Below are positions 1 through 8,774 of a stretch of 17,959 bases of DNA, piece after piece. The translations under genes were made by a program, and so were the position numbers. Every line of letters starts with the position of its first letter. The stretch's first letter is position 1. The stretch covers positions 1 to 17,959 of the forward strand of contig JAJHRB010000028.1 in the NCBI GenBank assembly GCA_020833025.1. The letters run 5' to 3'. The notes beneath the pieces are model-generated. The model made no database searches, was not told where the DNA came from, and worked only from the letters and a program-made list of their open reading frames with translations. This stretch comes from Thermoproteaceae archaeon (lineage in GTDB: Archaea; Thermoproteota; Thermoprotei; Thermoproteales; Thermoproteaceae).

Positions 1-2214
1 CGACACGTCCAGCAGGAATGCAGTCGTCGCCGTCGCGCCGGGCGGCATATCGCCGAGCACGCGGACCGACGCCGACATGGCGTACGCTATGTTAGAGGCG
101 TGGGGCTCGAACACTTGCGATGGCGTTGCGATCACTCTCACGCCCTTGGCCTCCGCAGGCCCCGTGTTTGTCACCTCCAGTACGAGCGTGGCGGTCGACC
201 CGGGCACGGCGTTGTAAACCCTGTGCCTGACAGCGAACACATTCTTCTTGCGCACCTCGAGGGGCCCCGCTGCCGTGCGCTCCACGCCCCCCGATCTAAC
301 GGCAGCCACAACGACGTAGTTGCCGGGGCGGAGCCCCGACGTGTCGAGGTAGAATGTCAGCGTGACGGGCGTGCCGGGCGGCAGGAAGTCCACCGTGTAG
401 CTGTTCCTCCCCATCGTGGCGTTCAGCAGCACAACGGTGACGTTCCGCGCGACTGCAGGGCCCGTGTTGAGTACCTGCACCTGCACCTGCGCCGCGTACA
501 CGCCCTCGAGGAGTCTCGGCGGTATCACGATGACGTTCTGGATGACAACGTGCGGGTTGTCGACCGTCAGGTAGAACGTCCTGTTGTAACCGCCCACGGA
601 CACTGTCACCGGGTACCTCCCGGGGGCGGCGCCGTCGGGCACGCGCAGGACGACGACAGCAGTGTACGGCTGGCCCTGCGGCAGCAGCGGGACGTAGTAC
701 TCGGAGGGGCTCTCGAGCACCAGAGGCGTCGAGATTCTGATGGTCATGTTCCTCGCCGTGAACGGCGCTGCTACCACCAGCGTGCCCGAAACGATGCCCC
801 CCGGGTAGGTCACGGGCGGGTTGAACGCAAGGGAGACGCCAAACTCCGGCCTCAGCACCTCGTAGTAGAACGTGAAGTTAAGCCCCGCGACGCTCACCTC
901 AACCGGATAGGCGCCGGGTCTCACGTCGCTGGGGATCTCGAACACAGTGTTCACGGTGGCCGGCGCCTGGGGCAAGAGCGCGGGGAACCTGGCGTAGGCC
1001 CCCGACGTTATCTTAAAGGGGGCCCTGACGCGCGCCTCCACGTCGTTCACGGTGTAGTTTGTGGATATCACGAACGTCGCCTGCACGACAGAGCCCGGGT
1101 AGCCGCGCGGGGGGTTGAAGAAGGCGTTCACGCTCACGGCAGGCGCCGGCACGTAGAGATCTGCGTGCTTGACAAAGCACGCCCCCGTGAAGAGACAAAG
1201 CTCGACGGGAATTTTCACCGTCCCGTGCCTGGTCACCACGAGCTGGACCGGGATCTGGAGCTGGGTCAGCAGCGGCACCGTCACGGTGACGTTGCTAAGA
1301 ACTCTAACGCCGTCGCCGCTGAGAACCCTCACGGTCACGTTCTGCGGGGTCACGGGACCTGTCTGGGACAGGAGGAGCGTGACGAGCGCGGGCGACCCCA
1401 CGACCACCGGCTGGGCCGGCAGGGCCGCAACGTTGACGTCAATGCCGCTAACCACCGGCAGCTGCACGGTCTTGCTGAACGTGACCGCGCCAGCGTACCC
1501 CGACACGCTCCTCATCGTGACGTCGAGCGTGATGTTGTAGAGGCCGGGCTTAAGGTCTCTGGCCAGGGAGAAGTACAGGAGGCACGTGGCGTTAGACCTC
1601 GGGGGGATTACCGCGTCGCAGCTCAGAGACGCGTTCAGGTACCGGGCCACCGCCGGCCCCCTCACAGTCACCGTAGCCTTGACCTGGTCCGCCGTGGGGT
1701 TCACCACCCTCACGGGCAGGTACACAGGCTGCCCCGCGATGTAAACCGAGGGCGGGACGACGACGAGAGCGGAGAAGTCCAGCGGGAAGACCTCAACGTC
1801 CACGGAGGCGCTCGTCGAGAAGACTAGAGAGTACGCTGATGCCTTTATCGTGTAAGTCCCGGGGCGCGCGTCGAGGGGGACCTGCACCAGCGCCGTCGTG
1901 ACGAACGGAACCCCGGCGGCGAGCTGCTTCACGTGTATTCTCGTGCCCGTCAGCACCTTGAACGGCGAGTCTATGTCTATGTACACGTCGAAAAGAGGCT
2001 GCGAGGATACGAGCGTTATGTACAGCTGAATCACCGAGCCGGGATAGACGGGCGCCGGGGCGTACGAGAGAGACATGTGAAGGTAGGCGGCGCCACGCGC
2101 CTCGGCCTGCGCCTCTGCGGGCGACTTGGCCATGCCCTGGCCGTGGGCGATGCAGGCAAGGAGCGCGGCGGCGATTAGGAGCGCGGCCAGCAGGCGGCGC
2201 CCGGCAGGGCGCAT
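1..2214 (-). CDS. Secreted S-layer-like (COG1361-type) protein with at least 7 tandem ~100-aa Ig-like/CARDB-like modules; truncated by the window edge
   Basis: Manual translation of the minus frame shows no stop from 2223 to 1. It begins MRPAGRRLLAALLIAAALLACIAHG (signal peptide). Repeated module ends include VPLDARPGTYTI, LARDLKPGLYNI, IPSDVRPGAYPV, VPDGAAPGRYPV and TSGLRPGNYVV; VLNTGPAVARNVTV and VTNTGPAEAKGVRV are also present, with several N-x-S/T sequons. The ATG at 2214 is preferred over 2223 because of TATA spacing. Confidence 0.85.
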   Translation of the reverse strand, partial: MRPAGRRLLAALLIAAALLACIAHGQGMAKSPAEAQAEARGAAYLHMSLSYAPAPVYPGSVIQLYITLVSSQPLFDVYIDIDSPFKVLTGTRIHVKQLAAGVPFVTTALVQVPLDARPGTYTIKASAYSLVFSTSASVDVEVFPLDFSALVVVPPSVYIAGQPVYLPVRVVNPTADQVKATVTVRGPAVARYLNASLSCDAVIPPRSNATCLLYFSLARDLKPGLYNITLDVTMRSVSGYAGAVTFSKTVQLPVVSGIDVNVAALPAQPVVVGSPALVTLLLSQTGPVTPQNVTVRVLSGDGVRVLSNVTVTVPLLTQLQIPVQLVVTRHGTVKIPVELCLFTGACFVKHADLYVPAPAVSVNAFFNPPRGYPGSVVQATFVISTNYTVNDVEARVRAPFKITSGAYARFPALLPQAPATVNTVFEIPSDVRPGAYPVEVSVAGLNFTFYYEVLRPEFGVSLAFNPPVTYPGGIVSGTLVVAAPFTARNMTIRISTPLVLESPSEYYVPLLPQGQPYTAVVVLRVPDGAAPGRYPVTVSVGGYNRTFYLTVDNPHVVIQNVIVIPPRLLEGVYAAQVQVQVLNTGPAVARNVTVVLLNATMGRNSYTVDFLPPGTPVTLTFYLDTSGLRPGNYVVVAAVRSGGVERTAAGPLEVRKKNVFAVRHRVYNAVPGSTATLVLEVTNTGPAEAKGVRVIATPSQVFEPHASNIAYAMSASVRVLGDMPPGATATTAFLLDVS

Positions 2215-2233
2215 TGCGTGCATAGGGGGCCGC

Positions 2234-2241
2234 TATATATT
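2234..2241 (-). promoter_or_regulatory. Archaeal TATA box for the S-layer-like gene (leaderless)
   Basis: AATATATA on the minus strand, 5' end 27 nt upstream of ATG 2214. Confidence 0.6.
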
Positions 2242-2274
2242 CATTGCGCTCTGCCGCGCGGCGGGGCCGTCCCG

Positions 2275-4680
2275 CTAGACCCTCCCGAGCCAGACGAGAC
2301 CCTCGTCGTCTATCTGCTCTTCCCCGCGGCCGGGCCTGACGTCCCTGACTCTGTGGGCGTGCTTCAGGTCCTTGGCGGCCGGCATTGCCTCCTCGGGGAT
2401 GTAGAGCACGGCGTCTAGAGGCTGCGCGAGACTCATACCCCTCCTATTCTTGTAGCGCCACACCGCGCTGTTTATCTTCTTGACGAGCTCGAAGAGTCTC
2501 GCGTTGCCGCGCCTCCACTCCTCCGGCGGGTCCTCAATGCACTCGTCGTGGACCGACCTGCCGAACGCCTCGCGCCAGATCTTGTCTGTGACGAAGGGCA
2601 TTATTGGCGCCAGCAGCTTGAGGCAGTACTTCAGCGCGGTCTGCAGCGTCCATATCGCCGACTCCTGCCCCTCTCTCGTGAAGGCCCCCTCCCTGTTGTA
2701 CGCCCTCGACTTCACGAGCTCTATGTAGTGGTCGGCAAACTCGTGCCAGATGAAGTTGTAAAGCGCGTGTGCGGGCTCGTACACGTCCAGCCTCTCGTAT
2801 GCGGAGATCACGGACTTTGCGACGCTATACAGTCTCGCGAGGAGCGCCTCGTCCACCGGCGTTAGGCGCGGCCTGCCCGCAGGCTCGGGGAATGAGAGCA
2901 CGAAGCGCGCTACGTTCAGCACTTTCGTCACGAACTCCCTGCCCTCCCTCACCATGCTCTCGACGTACCTGTAGTCGCTCCCGAGTTTCGCCGCCGCGGC
3001 GGCCCAGAAGCGCGCGGCATCGGCGCCGTACTTCTCAACCGGCGCGAGCGCGTCAATGACGTTTCCCCTCGACTTGTGCATCGCCTCCCCCCTCTCGTCC
3101 AGCCCCATCCCGTTGATCCTGACGCGCCTGAAGGGAACGTCCCCGAACAGCAGAAATGCCCGCAGCAGCGAGTAGTAGAGCCAGGAGCGGATGATGTCGT
3201 ACCCCTGGGGCCTGATTATCGAGTCGGGGTACGCCCTCTCGAACACATTAAAGCCCTTGGTGACGCCCGACGCGTACATCCAGGAAATCGACGAGTCGAA
3301 CCACGTGTCGAGCACCCTCTCGTCGCCGGCAAGCGCGCCGTCCTTGCACGCCTCCCTGACCTCCGGGGGCGGCTCGTCGCGCCACGGGCGGTAGTACGCG
3401 CCGCCGTTGGGCACAACCGGCACGCGCTCGCCCGCCGGCTTGATGCACCACCACAGCGGGACCTCGGTGGCGTAGTATCGCCTGCGAGACACGGGCCAGT
3501 CGAGCTCGAGAGACCTTATCCAGTCCACCAGCACCTGGCGGTACTCCGGCGGGTAGAACTCCATCTTCTGCGCTAGCTCTACCAGCCTCTCCTTGAGCTC
3601 CACCTGCTTCACGAAAAGCTCCCTCGTCACGATTATCTCCACGGGCGTCTTGCAGCGCCAGCACGCGGGCACGCTGTGCCTCAGAGCCTGCTGCCCGACG
3701 AGCAGGCCGGCAGCCCTTAGCTCCTCGACAACACTCGCGCGGGCCTCCCGCACCGTCAGGCCGGCGTACCTGCCCGTCTTTACCCTCCCGCGCTCGTCGA
3801 GTATGACCCTAACTGGGAGCTTTAGCTCGTTGACTACCACGAGATCCCTCGTGTCGCCGAACGTCGAGACCATCACGAGACCGGTCCCGAAGTTTGGATT
3901 GACGGACTTGTGCGGCAGTATGGGCACGACGGTGCCCTCGGGCGGCACGACCGCGTGAAGCCCGCCGAGTCTCTTGTATCGCCCGTCGTCCGGGTGGAAT
4001 ATGACTGCGACTGTTGCCGGCAGGAGCTCCGGTCTCGTCGTGGCTATCACTATCTCCTCGCCGGTTTCCTGCACGCCGAACTTGATGTAGTTCAGCGCCG
4101 TCTCCTCCTCGACGTACTCGATCTCGGCCTCGGCGAGCGCCGTCCTGCAGCGCGGGCACCACAGCGTCGGCCTCTCGGCCTCGTATATTAGGCCCTTGTG
4201 CCACAGCTCGACGAAGGTCCTCTGGGTCATTGCCCTGTACTCAGGGCTGTCGGTTCCCTGAGGCCAGTAGTCGAAGGAGAGCCCCCACCTCCTGAGCGCC
4301 CGCACGAACTCGGCCTCATAACTGTCAAGCTCCTCCTTGCAGAGTTTCAAGAATTCCTCTCTCGGCACCTCGTGCGCGACAATGCCGTATTTCTTCTCGA
4401 CCTGGACCTCCACCGGCAGTCCATTCCGGTCGAGGTAGAATGGAAATATGACGTCGTAGCCGCGCATTCTGAGAAATCTTGCAACCATGTCAAAGTGCGC
4501 GTAAGACGCGGTCTGGCCGACGTGCGGCCTGCTGCTCGACAGATACGGCGGCGGCGTGTCTATGACAAAGACCGGCCTGACCCCGCTAACTCTCGTCCTG
4601 AACCTTCCCTCCGACTCCCACAGCCTTACTAGCTCCTCCTCCCACGCCACGTCCCACCTGGCGGGAAGCTGGCGCGGCAC
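2275..4680 (-). CDS. valS: Valine--tRNA ligase, archaeal type (about 801 aa)
   Basis: PPPY..HVGQ (HIGH equivalent), ATTRPEL and GTGLVMVSTFGD (CP1 editing domain), WPVSRRRY, LDTWFDSS, RPQGYDII, MHKSRGN (KMSKS equivalent) and PIMPFVT. Start placed at GTG 4680, 27 nt below a TATA box; the ORF-track extension to 4989 overlaps the next gene. Confidence 0.95.
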   Translation of the reverse strand: MPRQLPARWDVAWEEELVRLWESEGRFRTRVSGVRPVFVIDTPPPYLSSSRPHVGQTASYAHFDMVARFLRMRGYDVIFPFYLDRNGLPVEVQVEKKYGIVAHEVPREEFLKLCKEELDSYEAEFVRALRRWGLSFDYWPQGTDSPEYRAMTQRTFVELWHKGLIYEAERPTLWCPRCRTALAEAEIEYVEEETALNYIKFGVQETGEEIVIATTRPELLPATVAVIFHPDDGRYKRLGGLHAVVPPEGTVVPILPHKSVNPNFGTGLVMVSTFGDTRDLVVVNELKLPVRVILDERGRVKTGRYAGLTVREARASVVEELRAAGLLVGQQALRHSVPACWRCKTPVEIIVTRELFVKQVELKERLVELAQKMEFYPPEYRQVLVDWIRSLELDWPVSRRRYYATEVPLWWCIKPAGERVPVVPNGGAYYRPWRDEPPPEVREACKDGALAGDERVLDTWFDSSISWMYASGVTKGFNVFERAYPDSIIRPQGYDIIRSWLYYSLLRAFLLFGDVPFRRVRINGMGLDERGEAMHKSRGNVIDALAPVEKYGADAARFWAAAAAKLGSDYRYVESMVREGREFVTKVLNVARFVLSFPEPAGRPRLTPVDEALLARLYSVAKSVISAYERLDVYEPAHALYNFIWHEFADHYIELVKSRAYNREGAFTREGQESAIWTLQTALKYCLKLLAPIMPFVTDKIWREAFGRSVHDECIEDPPEEWRRGNARLFELVKKINSAVWRYKNRRGMSLAQPLDAVLYIPEEAMPAAKDLKHAHRVRDVRPGRGEEQIDDEGLVWLGRV

Positions 4681-4698
4681 TGGGGCAGCGCGACGGCT

Positions 4699-4707
4699 AA
4701 ATTTTAA
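4699..4707 (-). promoter_or_regulatory. TATA box for valS, overlapping the stop codon of the upstream thiolase gene
   Basis: TTAAAATTT on the minus strand, 27 nt from GTG 4680. Confidence 0.6.
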
Positions 4708-5714
4708 GCCCTGCCCGCCGCCGCCCCGGCCTCGCGCAGTGCCGACAGATACCTGTCGAGCAGGCCGGCTCTCTCGAACAGCTCGCACGCCCTGCAAACA
4801 CTCCCAGACGACGCGAGACCGCAGTACTTGCACTTCATGGCTCTCGCGCTCGCGCGCGGCTCCCGCAGCTCTCTCGCGAGCCTCTCGCCGAATGACACCA
4901 GCGCGTACTTGACGTGGGGCATCTTCCTCTCGAGCTCTGCGAGGAAGAACTTGATGTCGTAGCGCGGATTTCTCACAATGTACGGGCACTCTACCTCCAT
5001 TAGCGGCAGGCCGTGGTAGTACGCGTAGAGCGCGGTCTCCTCCTCGCGCACGTACATGAGCGGCTTGACTCTCGGTATCGCGCCGGGCTCCTCAGGCTCG
5101 CCGCGCCGCCGGTAAAACCGCTGGAGGCCTCCCGCGAGAACGTTCAGCAGCGTGGTCTGGGCCTCGTCGTCGAGGTTATGCGCCAGCGCTATTTTCGTCC
5201 ACCCGCGCGCCCTGCCCACGACGTCCATTGCCCTGCGCCTCAAGACCCCGTCAATCGTGCACATGCCGACGTTGTAGCCGGATCTCGCGAGCCTCTCGTA
5301 GAGCTCGGCCGCGGTGGCCCCGAAAATATCCTGAAATCGGTACACGCCGAACTCAAACCCGAAACTCTCTGCCAGCTCTCTGGCAGCGCTGACTCTCCGC
5401 ATGCGCGCGGCGCTGTACTCGTGGCCCTCGTCCAGCACGAAGGCCTCGACCCTAACGCCCCGCAGAAGGCCGCGCCGCGCGAACTTGCCGAGCATGTAAA
5501 GCAGCACGAGACTGTCCTTGCCCCCCGACACAGCCACGGCAACGCTGTCGCCAGGCACTATCATTTTGTGCCTCCTGATCGTCTTGGCGACGGTTCTCTC
5601 AACCGACGCGAAGAGGCACTTGAGGCAGAGCCCCTCCCCGCTCACCGCGCGGAGGTACTGCGCCGGCTCCCTCCCGCAGTGCCGGCAGGCTCTCAATTCC
5701 TCCCTCCCTTTCAT
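4704..5714 (-). CDS. TtuA/Ncs6(CTU1)/TtcA-family tRNA 2-thiolation protein (TIGR00269-like PP-loop ATPase), about 336 aa
   Basis: N-terminal CRHC..CLKC Zn finger, AVSGGKDS PP-loop, CTIDGVLRR, AHNLDDEAQT, RVKPL, ECPY and C-terminal CKYC..CRAC. ATG 5714 is preceded by an SD-like GGAGGT. Confidence 0.9.
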   Translation of the reverse strand: MKGREELRACRHCGREPAQYLRAVSGEGLCLKCLFASVERTVAKTIRRHKMIVPGDSVAVAVSGGKDSLVLLYMLGKFARRGLLRGVRVEAFVLDEGHEYSAARMRRVSAARELAESFGFEFGVYRFQDIFGATAAELYERLARSGYNVGMCTIDGVLRRRAMDVVGRARGWTKIALAHNLDDEAQTTLLNVLAGGLQRFYRRRGEPEEPGAIPRVKPLMYVREEETALYAYYHGLPLMEVECPYIVRNPRYDIKFFLAELERKMPHVKYALVSFGERLARELREPRASARAMKCKYCGLASSGSVCRACELFERAGLLDRYLSALREAGAAAGRA

Positions 5715-5824
5715 CCACCCTACCTCCCAACCCCTCTCTCTGGAATCCCAGGCCCTCTGGGCGTTTTTCCCTCGCGCTATTTCAAGCGCTCCCGTCACGC
5801 CCTTCAAATTGCATTTAGTGCCGG

Positions 5825-6040
5825 CTAGATGTTGATATGCGGGATGGCGCCGTGCTTGACCTCGGCCTTGTCCACCTCTACTGTGAATGTATCGAGTGAC
5901 GTCCTTAATATATAGAACACGACACTGCAGTTCTTGCACCGCGCTATAATAACAGCATTCTCGGGGCCCTTGTGGCGGTACGTGTACGGCGGCGGCATTG
6001 CCTCCCACTCCGAGAGCCCGCAGCGCGGGCACGCGATCAC
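5825..6040 (-). CDS. Small hypothetical Zn-ribbon protein (71 aa)
   Basis: CPRC...CKNC pair, protein-like composition, and TATATAA 27 nt upstream of the GTG start. Confidence 0.65.
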   Translation of the reverse strand: MIACPRCGLSEWEAMPPPYTYRHKGPENAVIIARCKNCSVVFYILRTSLDTFTVEVDKAEVKHGAIPHINI

Positions 6041-6058
6041 GCAGAGGGGGGCGGCGGT

Positions 6059-6069
6059 AATTATATATT
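6059..6069 (-). promoter_or_regulatory. TATA box for the Zn-ribbon gene; contains the MMPL stop codon
   Basis: AATATATAATT on the minus strand; TATATAA begins at 6067, 27 nt from GTG 6040. Confidence 0.6.
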
Positions 6070-8727
6070 GTATCGCCGGCAGAAAAGCCTATAACCCCTT
6101 TCTGCGGCGCCCGCGAAGTTGGCGCGGGCGATCCCGGCAGGCCGTGACGCCGCTCGGGGCGGGGACGGCCGGCGCCTGACCCCGCGCCTGAGGGGCCAGA
6201 GCCAGTTGTACCTGCCCGCAAGGGTCATTACTGCCGGGACGACGAGCGGCCTAACGGCAAAGGCGTCCACGAGGGCGGCGAGCGCTATTGTGAGGCCGAC
6301 CTGCCTCAGGAGAGTCAGCTGCGAGACCAGCAGCGCGCCGAACGCCGCGGCAAGGACGAGGGCCGCGCCGGTGATTACAGGGCCGGTCCTCACGACAGCA
6401 GTCTCGATGGCCTCTCTGTCCCCGAGCCCGCGCTCCACCTCCTCCCTCACGCGCGAGACTATAAAGACGTCGTAGTCTGTCCCTATGGCCACGAGAAACG
6501 AGAAGAGTATTACCGGCACCAGCCAGTACAGCGGGGCGCCCAGCAGCCACTGAAATACGGCAACCCCTGCCGCGAGACTCCACGAGGCGGACATCAGAAC
6601 CGTAGCCAGGAGGCGGAGGGGCACGATTAGGCTTCTCAGAAGGAGCGCGAGAATGGCGAAGACCAGCGCGATGACTATGTAGACCTGGAGGCTCCAGAAC
6701 CTCGCGTAGACCTCATTAAACAGCGCGCTCTTGACTGACGCGGACCCCCCCACTAGAAACGGCCCGTGACTCTGCCTTAACTCGTCAAGCCTTCTGTAGA
6801 CTTCCAGCTGCTCGTCAGACGATCCCGGAATTGACAGCTTGAGCGAGATTACGTGCCACTCGCCGCGGCTCTCGACCGTTGTGTTAACGACATGCGGGAT
6901 TCTCTGCAGCTCGCTCAAGAGCGCGGGCGGCGGGGGCCCCCTGACGGCAATGTAGGTCTCTGACACAGAGCTCACGTTGGGGAAGTACGTCAACGCGACC
7001 TCAAGCGCGCGCTTGTGCGGCGTTTCCGGCAGCATGGCGATATAGTCTGTCGTTATCCTGACCGCAAGGAGCAGGTAGGCGGCACAGGCGGCGGTCAGCG
7101 CGGCTGAGAGGGCAATCACCAGCACGGGCCTCCTGAGAGCAACCGCCACTGCCCTCTCCATGAGCCTGGACCTGCCGGCGTGAAGCGCCGAGAGCCTCCC
7201 CGGCCAGAACACCTTGTCGCCCAGCAGGTAGAGAACGGCAGGGAACGCGGCGAAGACTGTTAGCGAGACAAGTGCGGCAGCGATTATGTAACTCGCGCCT
7301 AGCGACTGCATGAGGGGGGCTCTCGACGCCGCGAAAGAGCCCAGGGACGCGGCCACGACCGCGGCGCTCGCGGCTATGGCCCGGCTTACGCGCTCCCTTA
7401 CTACGGCGACGGCCTCCTCCCTGCCCCTCCCGCGCGCCCTCTCCTCTGCGTATCTGCCGAGCATTAAGAGCATGTAATCCACGCTTACCGCAAAGACCAC
7501 TGGTGCTATTGTGTACGCCGCGAGGTAGTAGATCTTCATGGCCGCGCTCAGGTGGTAAAGAAGCCCGAGCGCTGCAAAGTACGTCAGGCTGGCCAGGAGC
7601 ACAATCACGAGCGGCGCCAGGAGAGAGCCGGCGACGCACAGCACGACGCCAAACAAGACTCCTGCCGTGGTCTTGTCAATCTTGGGAACGTCCTCAGCGA
7701 TTATCCTCCTCATGTCCTCGTAAATGTGCCGCGCTGACACCGGCACGCCGAGACTCTCGGGAATGGAGGAGGCGGCGCCGCGGCTGACTAGAGCCACGGC
7801 GTATCTATCATCGTAGACCAGCGACCTCGCAGCCGCGAGCGACTCGAGAGTTGGCGGCGGGTGGCGCTCAGTGATATTCCTCAAGAGCGCGTGCTTGAAC
7901 TCGCTGACTGCCAGCTCCACGTCGCCGCCGCAGATTACGTGCGGCAGGTACGGCCTCAGCGCGGGCGGGACCCTGTCGACGAGCGCGGCGTACACGTACT
8001 GCCTCACGCCGATCGCGCTGACGTTGCGCGCCAGGGATATCGCCGTCTCGTTAAGCCTCCCGCCGAGAATTGCGCGCGCGACGCTCTCGACCGCGCTTGG
8101 CGATGCCCAGTCTCGCCACGTGACGTTAGCGAGGTAGCGCGAGACATTGCCGTAGACCTCGTCAGCGGCGAGCTTGACTGCCGCGTCCGCGTCGAACTGT
8201 CTGGCGTACCTCTCGTACGCCTCGAGGAACCTCGCCGCGGTCTCGTCGGTGGCGTTGCGCAGCGCGGCCACGCCGTAAGTTCCCGCCAGCAGCCGGCGGG
8301 CTGCGCTCAGCGCGTCGTTGTAGGCCCGCGCGAGCCTATCCAGCTCGTCGCACAGCCTCTTGCTCTCGCCTGCAAGCCTGACCGCGGCGCTCCTGAACTC
8401 TCCAGTCGCGTTGCTCAACGCTGCATCGATCCTCATCGCGTACTCTCTCGCGGCCTCGTCGAGAATGCTCCACGCCGTCAACGCGTCCGGGTGAAGCCTG
8501 CTTAAGTTCCTCGCCTTTTCCTCCAGGCCGGGGCCGAACATCACGACGAGGGCCGCCTTGGGCTCCCCGCCGGGACCCACTATCGACTCGACAACCCTGA
8601 ACTCGGCATCTGCCGGCATGAGCTCCGTCTCGTTGTAGGCTAGCACGCGCAAGGCGCTGGGCCCGTGCGCGGCCAGGTAGAGATACACGGCGAGAACAAT
8701 AGCGGCGGCCGCGAGAAGCCCCCGCAT
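6061..8727 (-). CDS. MMPL/RND-superfamily membrane transporter (about 888 aa)
   Basis: TM1, large helical sequon-rich ectodomain, TM2-7, second ectodomain, TM8-12. The paired Asp-Tyr motifs AVSVDY..RYAEE and AIGTDY..RVREE and TGPVITGAALVLAAAF are typical of MMPL. Start set at ATG 8727. Confidence 0.9.
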   Translation of the reverse strand: MRGLLAAAAIVLAVYLYLAAHGPSALRVLAYNETELMPADAEFRVVESIVGPGGEPKAALVVMFGPGLEEKARNLSRLHPDALTAWSILDEAAREYAMRIDAALSNATGEFRSAAVRLAGESKRLCDELDRLARAYNDALSAARRLLAGTYGVAALRNATDETAARFLEAYERYARQFDADAAVKLAADEVYGNVSRYLANVTWRDWASPSAVESVARAILGGRLNETAISLARNVSAIGVRQYVYAALVDRVPPALRPYLPHVICGGDVELAVSEFKHALLRNITERHPPPTLESLAAARSLVYDDRYAVALVSRGAASSIPESLGVPVSARHIYEDMRRIIAEDVPKIDKTTAGVLFGVVLCVAGSLLAPLVIVLLASLTYFAALGLLYHLSAAMKIYYLAAYTIAPVVFAVSVDYMLLMLGRYAEERARGRGREEAVAVVRERVSRAIAASAAVVAASLGSFAASRAPLMQSLGASYIIAAALVSLTVFAAFPAVLYLLGDKVFWPGRLSALHAGRSRLMERAVAVALRRPVLVIALSAALTAACAAYLLLAVRITTDYIAMLPETPHKRALEVALTYFPNVSSVSETYIAVRGPPPPALLSELQRIPHVVNTTVESRGEWHVISLKLSIPGSSDEQLEVYRRLDELRQSHGPFLVGGSASVKSALFNEVYARFWSLQVYIVIALVFAILALLLRSLIVPLRLLATVLMSASWSLAAGVAVFQWLLGAPLYWLVPVILFSFLVAIGTDYDVFIVSRVREEVERGLGDREAIETAVVRTGPVITGAALVLAAAFGALLVSQLTLLRQVGLTIALAALVDAFAVRPLVVPAVMTLAGRYNWLWPLRRGVRRRPSPPRAASRPAGIARANFAGAAERGYRLFCRRYNI

Positions 8728-8750
8728 CTGCCGCCGGCACCTTAGTCTCA

Positions 8751-8760
8751 ATTTAAAAAC
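8751..8760. promoter_or_regulatory. Probable shared/bidirectional TATA element between the divergent MMPL and ABC genes
   Basis: ATTTAAAAAC is the main AT-rich element in the 47-bp gap. TTTAAA lies 23 nt before GTG 8775 (+) and 30 nt before ATG 8727 (-). Confidence 0.55.
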
Positions 8761-8774
8761 TTGCGACTAGCAGT

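Noticed and set aside
100-1827. 575-aa + strand ORF from the track
   Set aside because: It is the exact antisense codon register of the minus-strand surface protein and has an unnatural R/H/G/V-rich composition; a shadow ORF.
4681-4989. N-terminal extension of valS in the ORF track
   Set aside because: It overlaps the thiolase C-terminus in another frame; TATA spacing supports GTG 4680.
5905-5914. TTAATATATA as an internal or antisense promoter
   Set aside because: Explained by the F-Y-I-L codons of the Zn-ribbon ORF, with no start codon or RNA at a suitable distance that I can support.
6108-6130. 8-bp GC hairpin CGCCCGCG/CGCGGGCG
   Set aside because: It lies in the MMPL coding tail and is all G/C, so it is expected by chance at this composition.
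5715-6221. N-terminal extension of the thiolase ORF
   Set aside because: It overlaps the Zn-ribbon gene and the MMPL end; family-like sequence starts at ATG 5714 after an SD-like motif.
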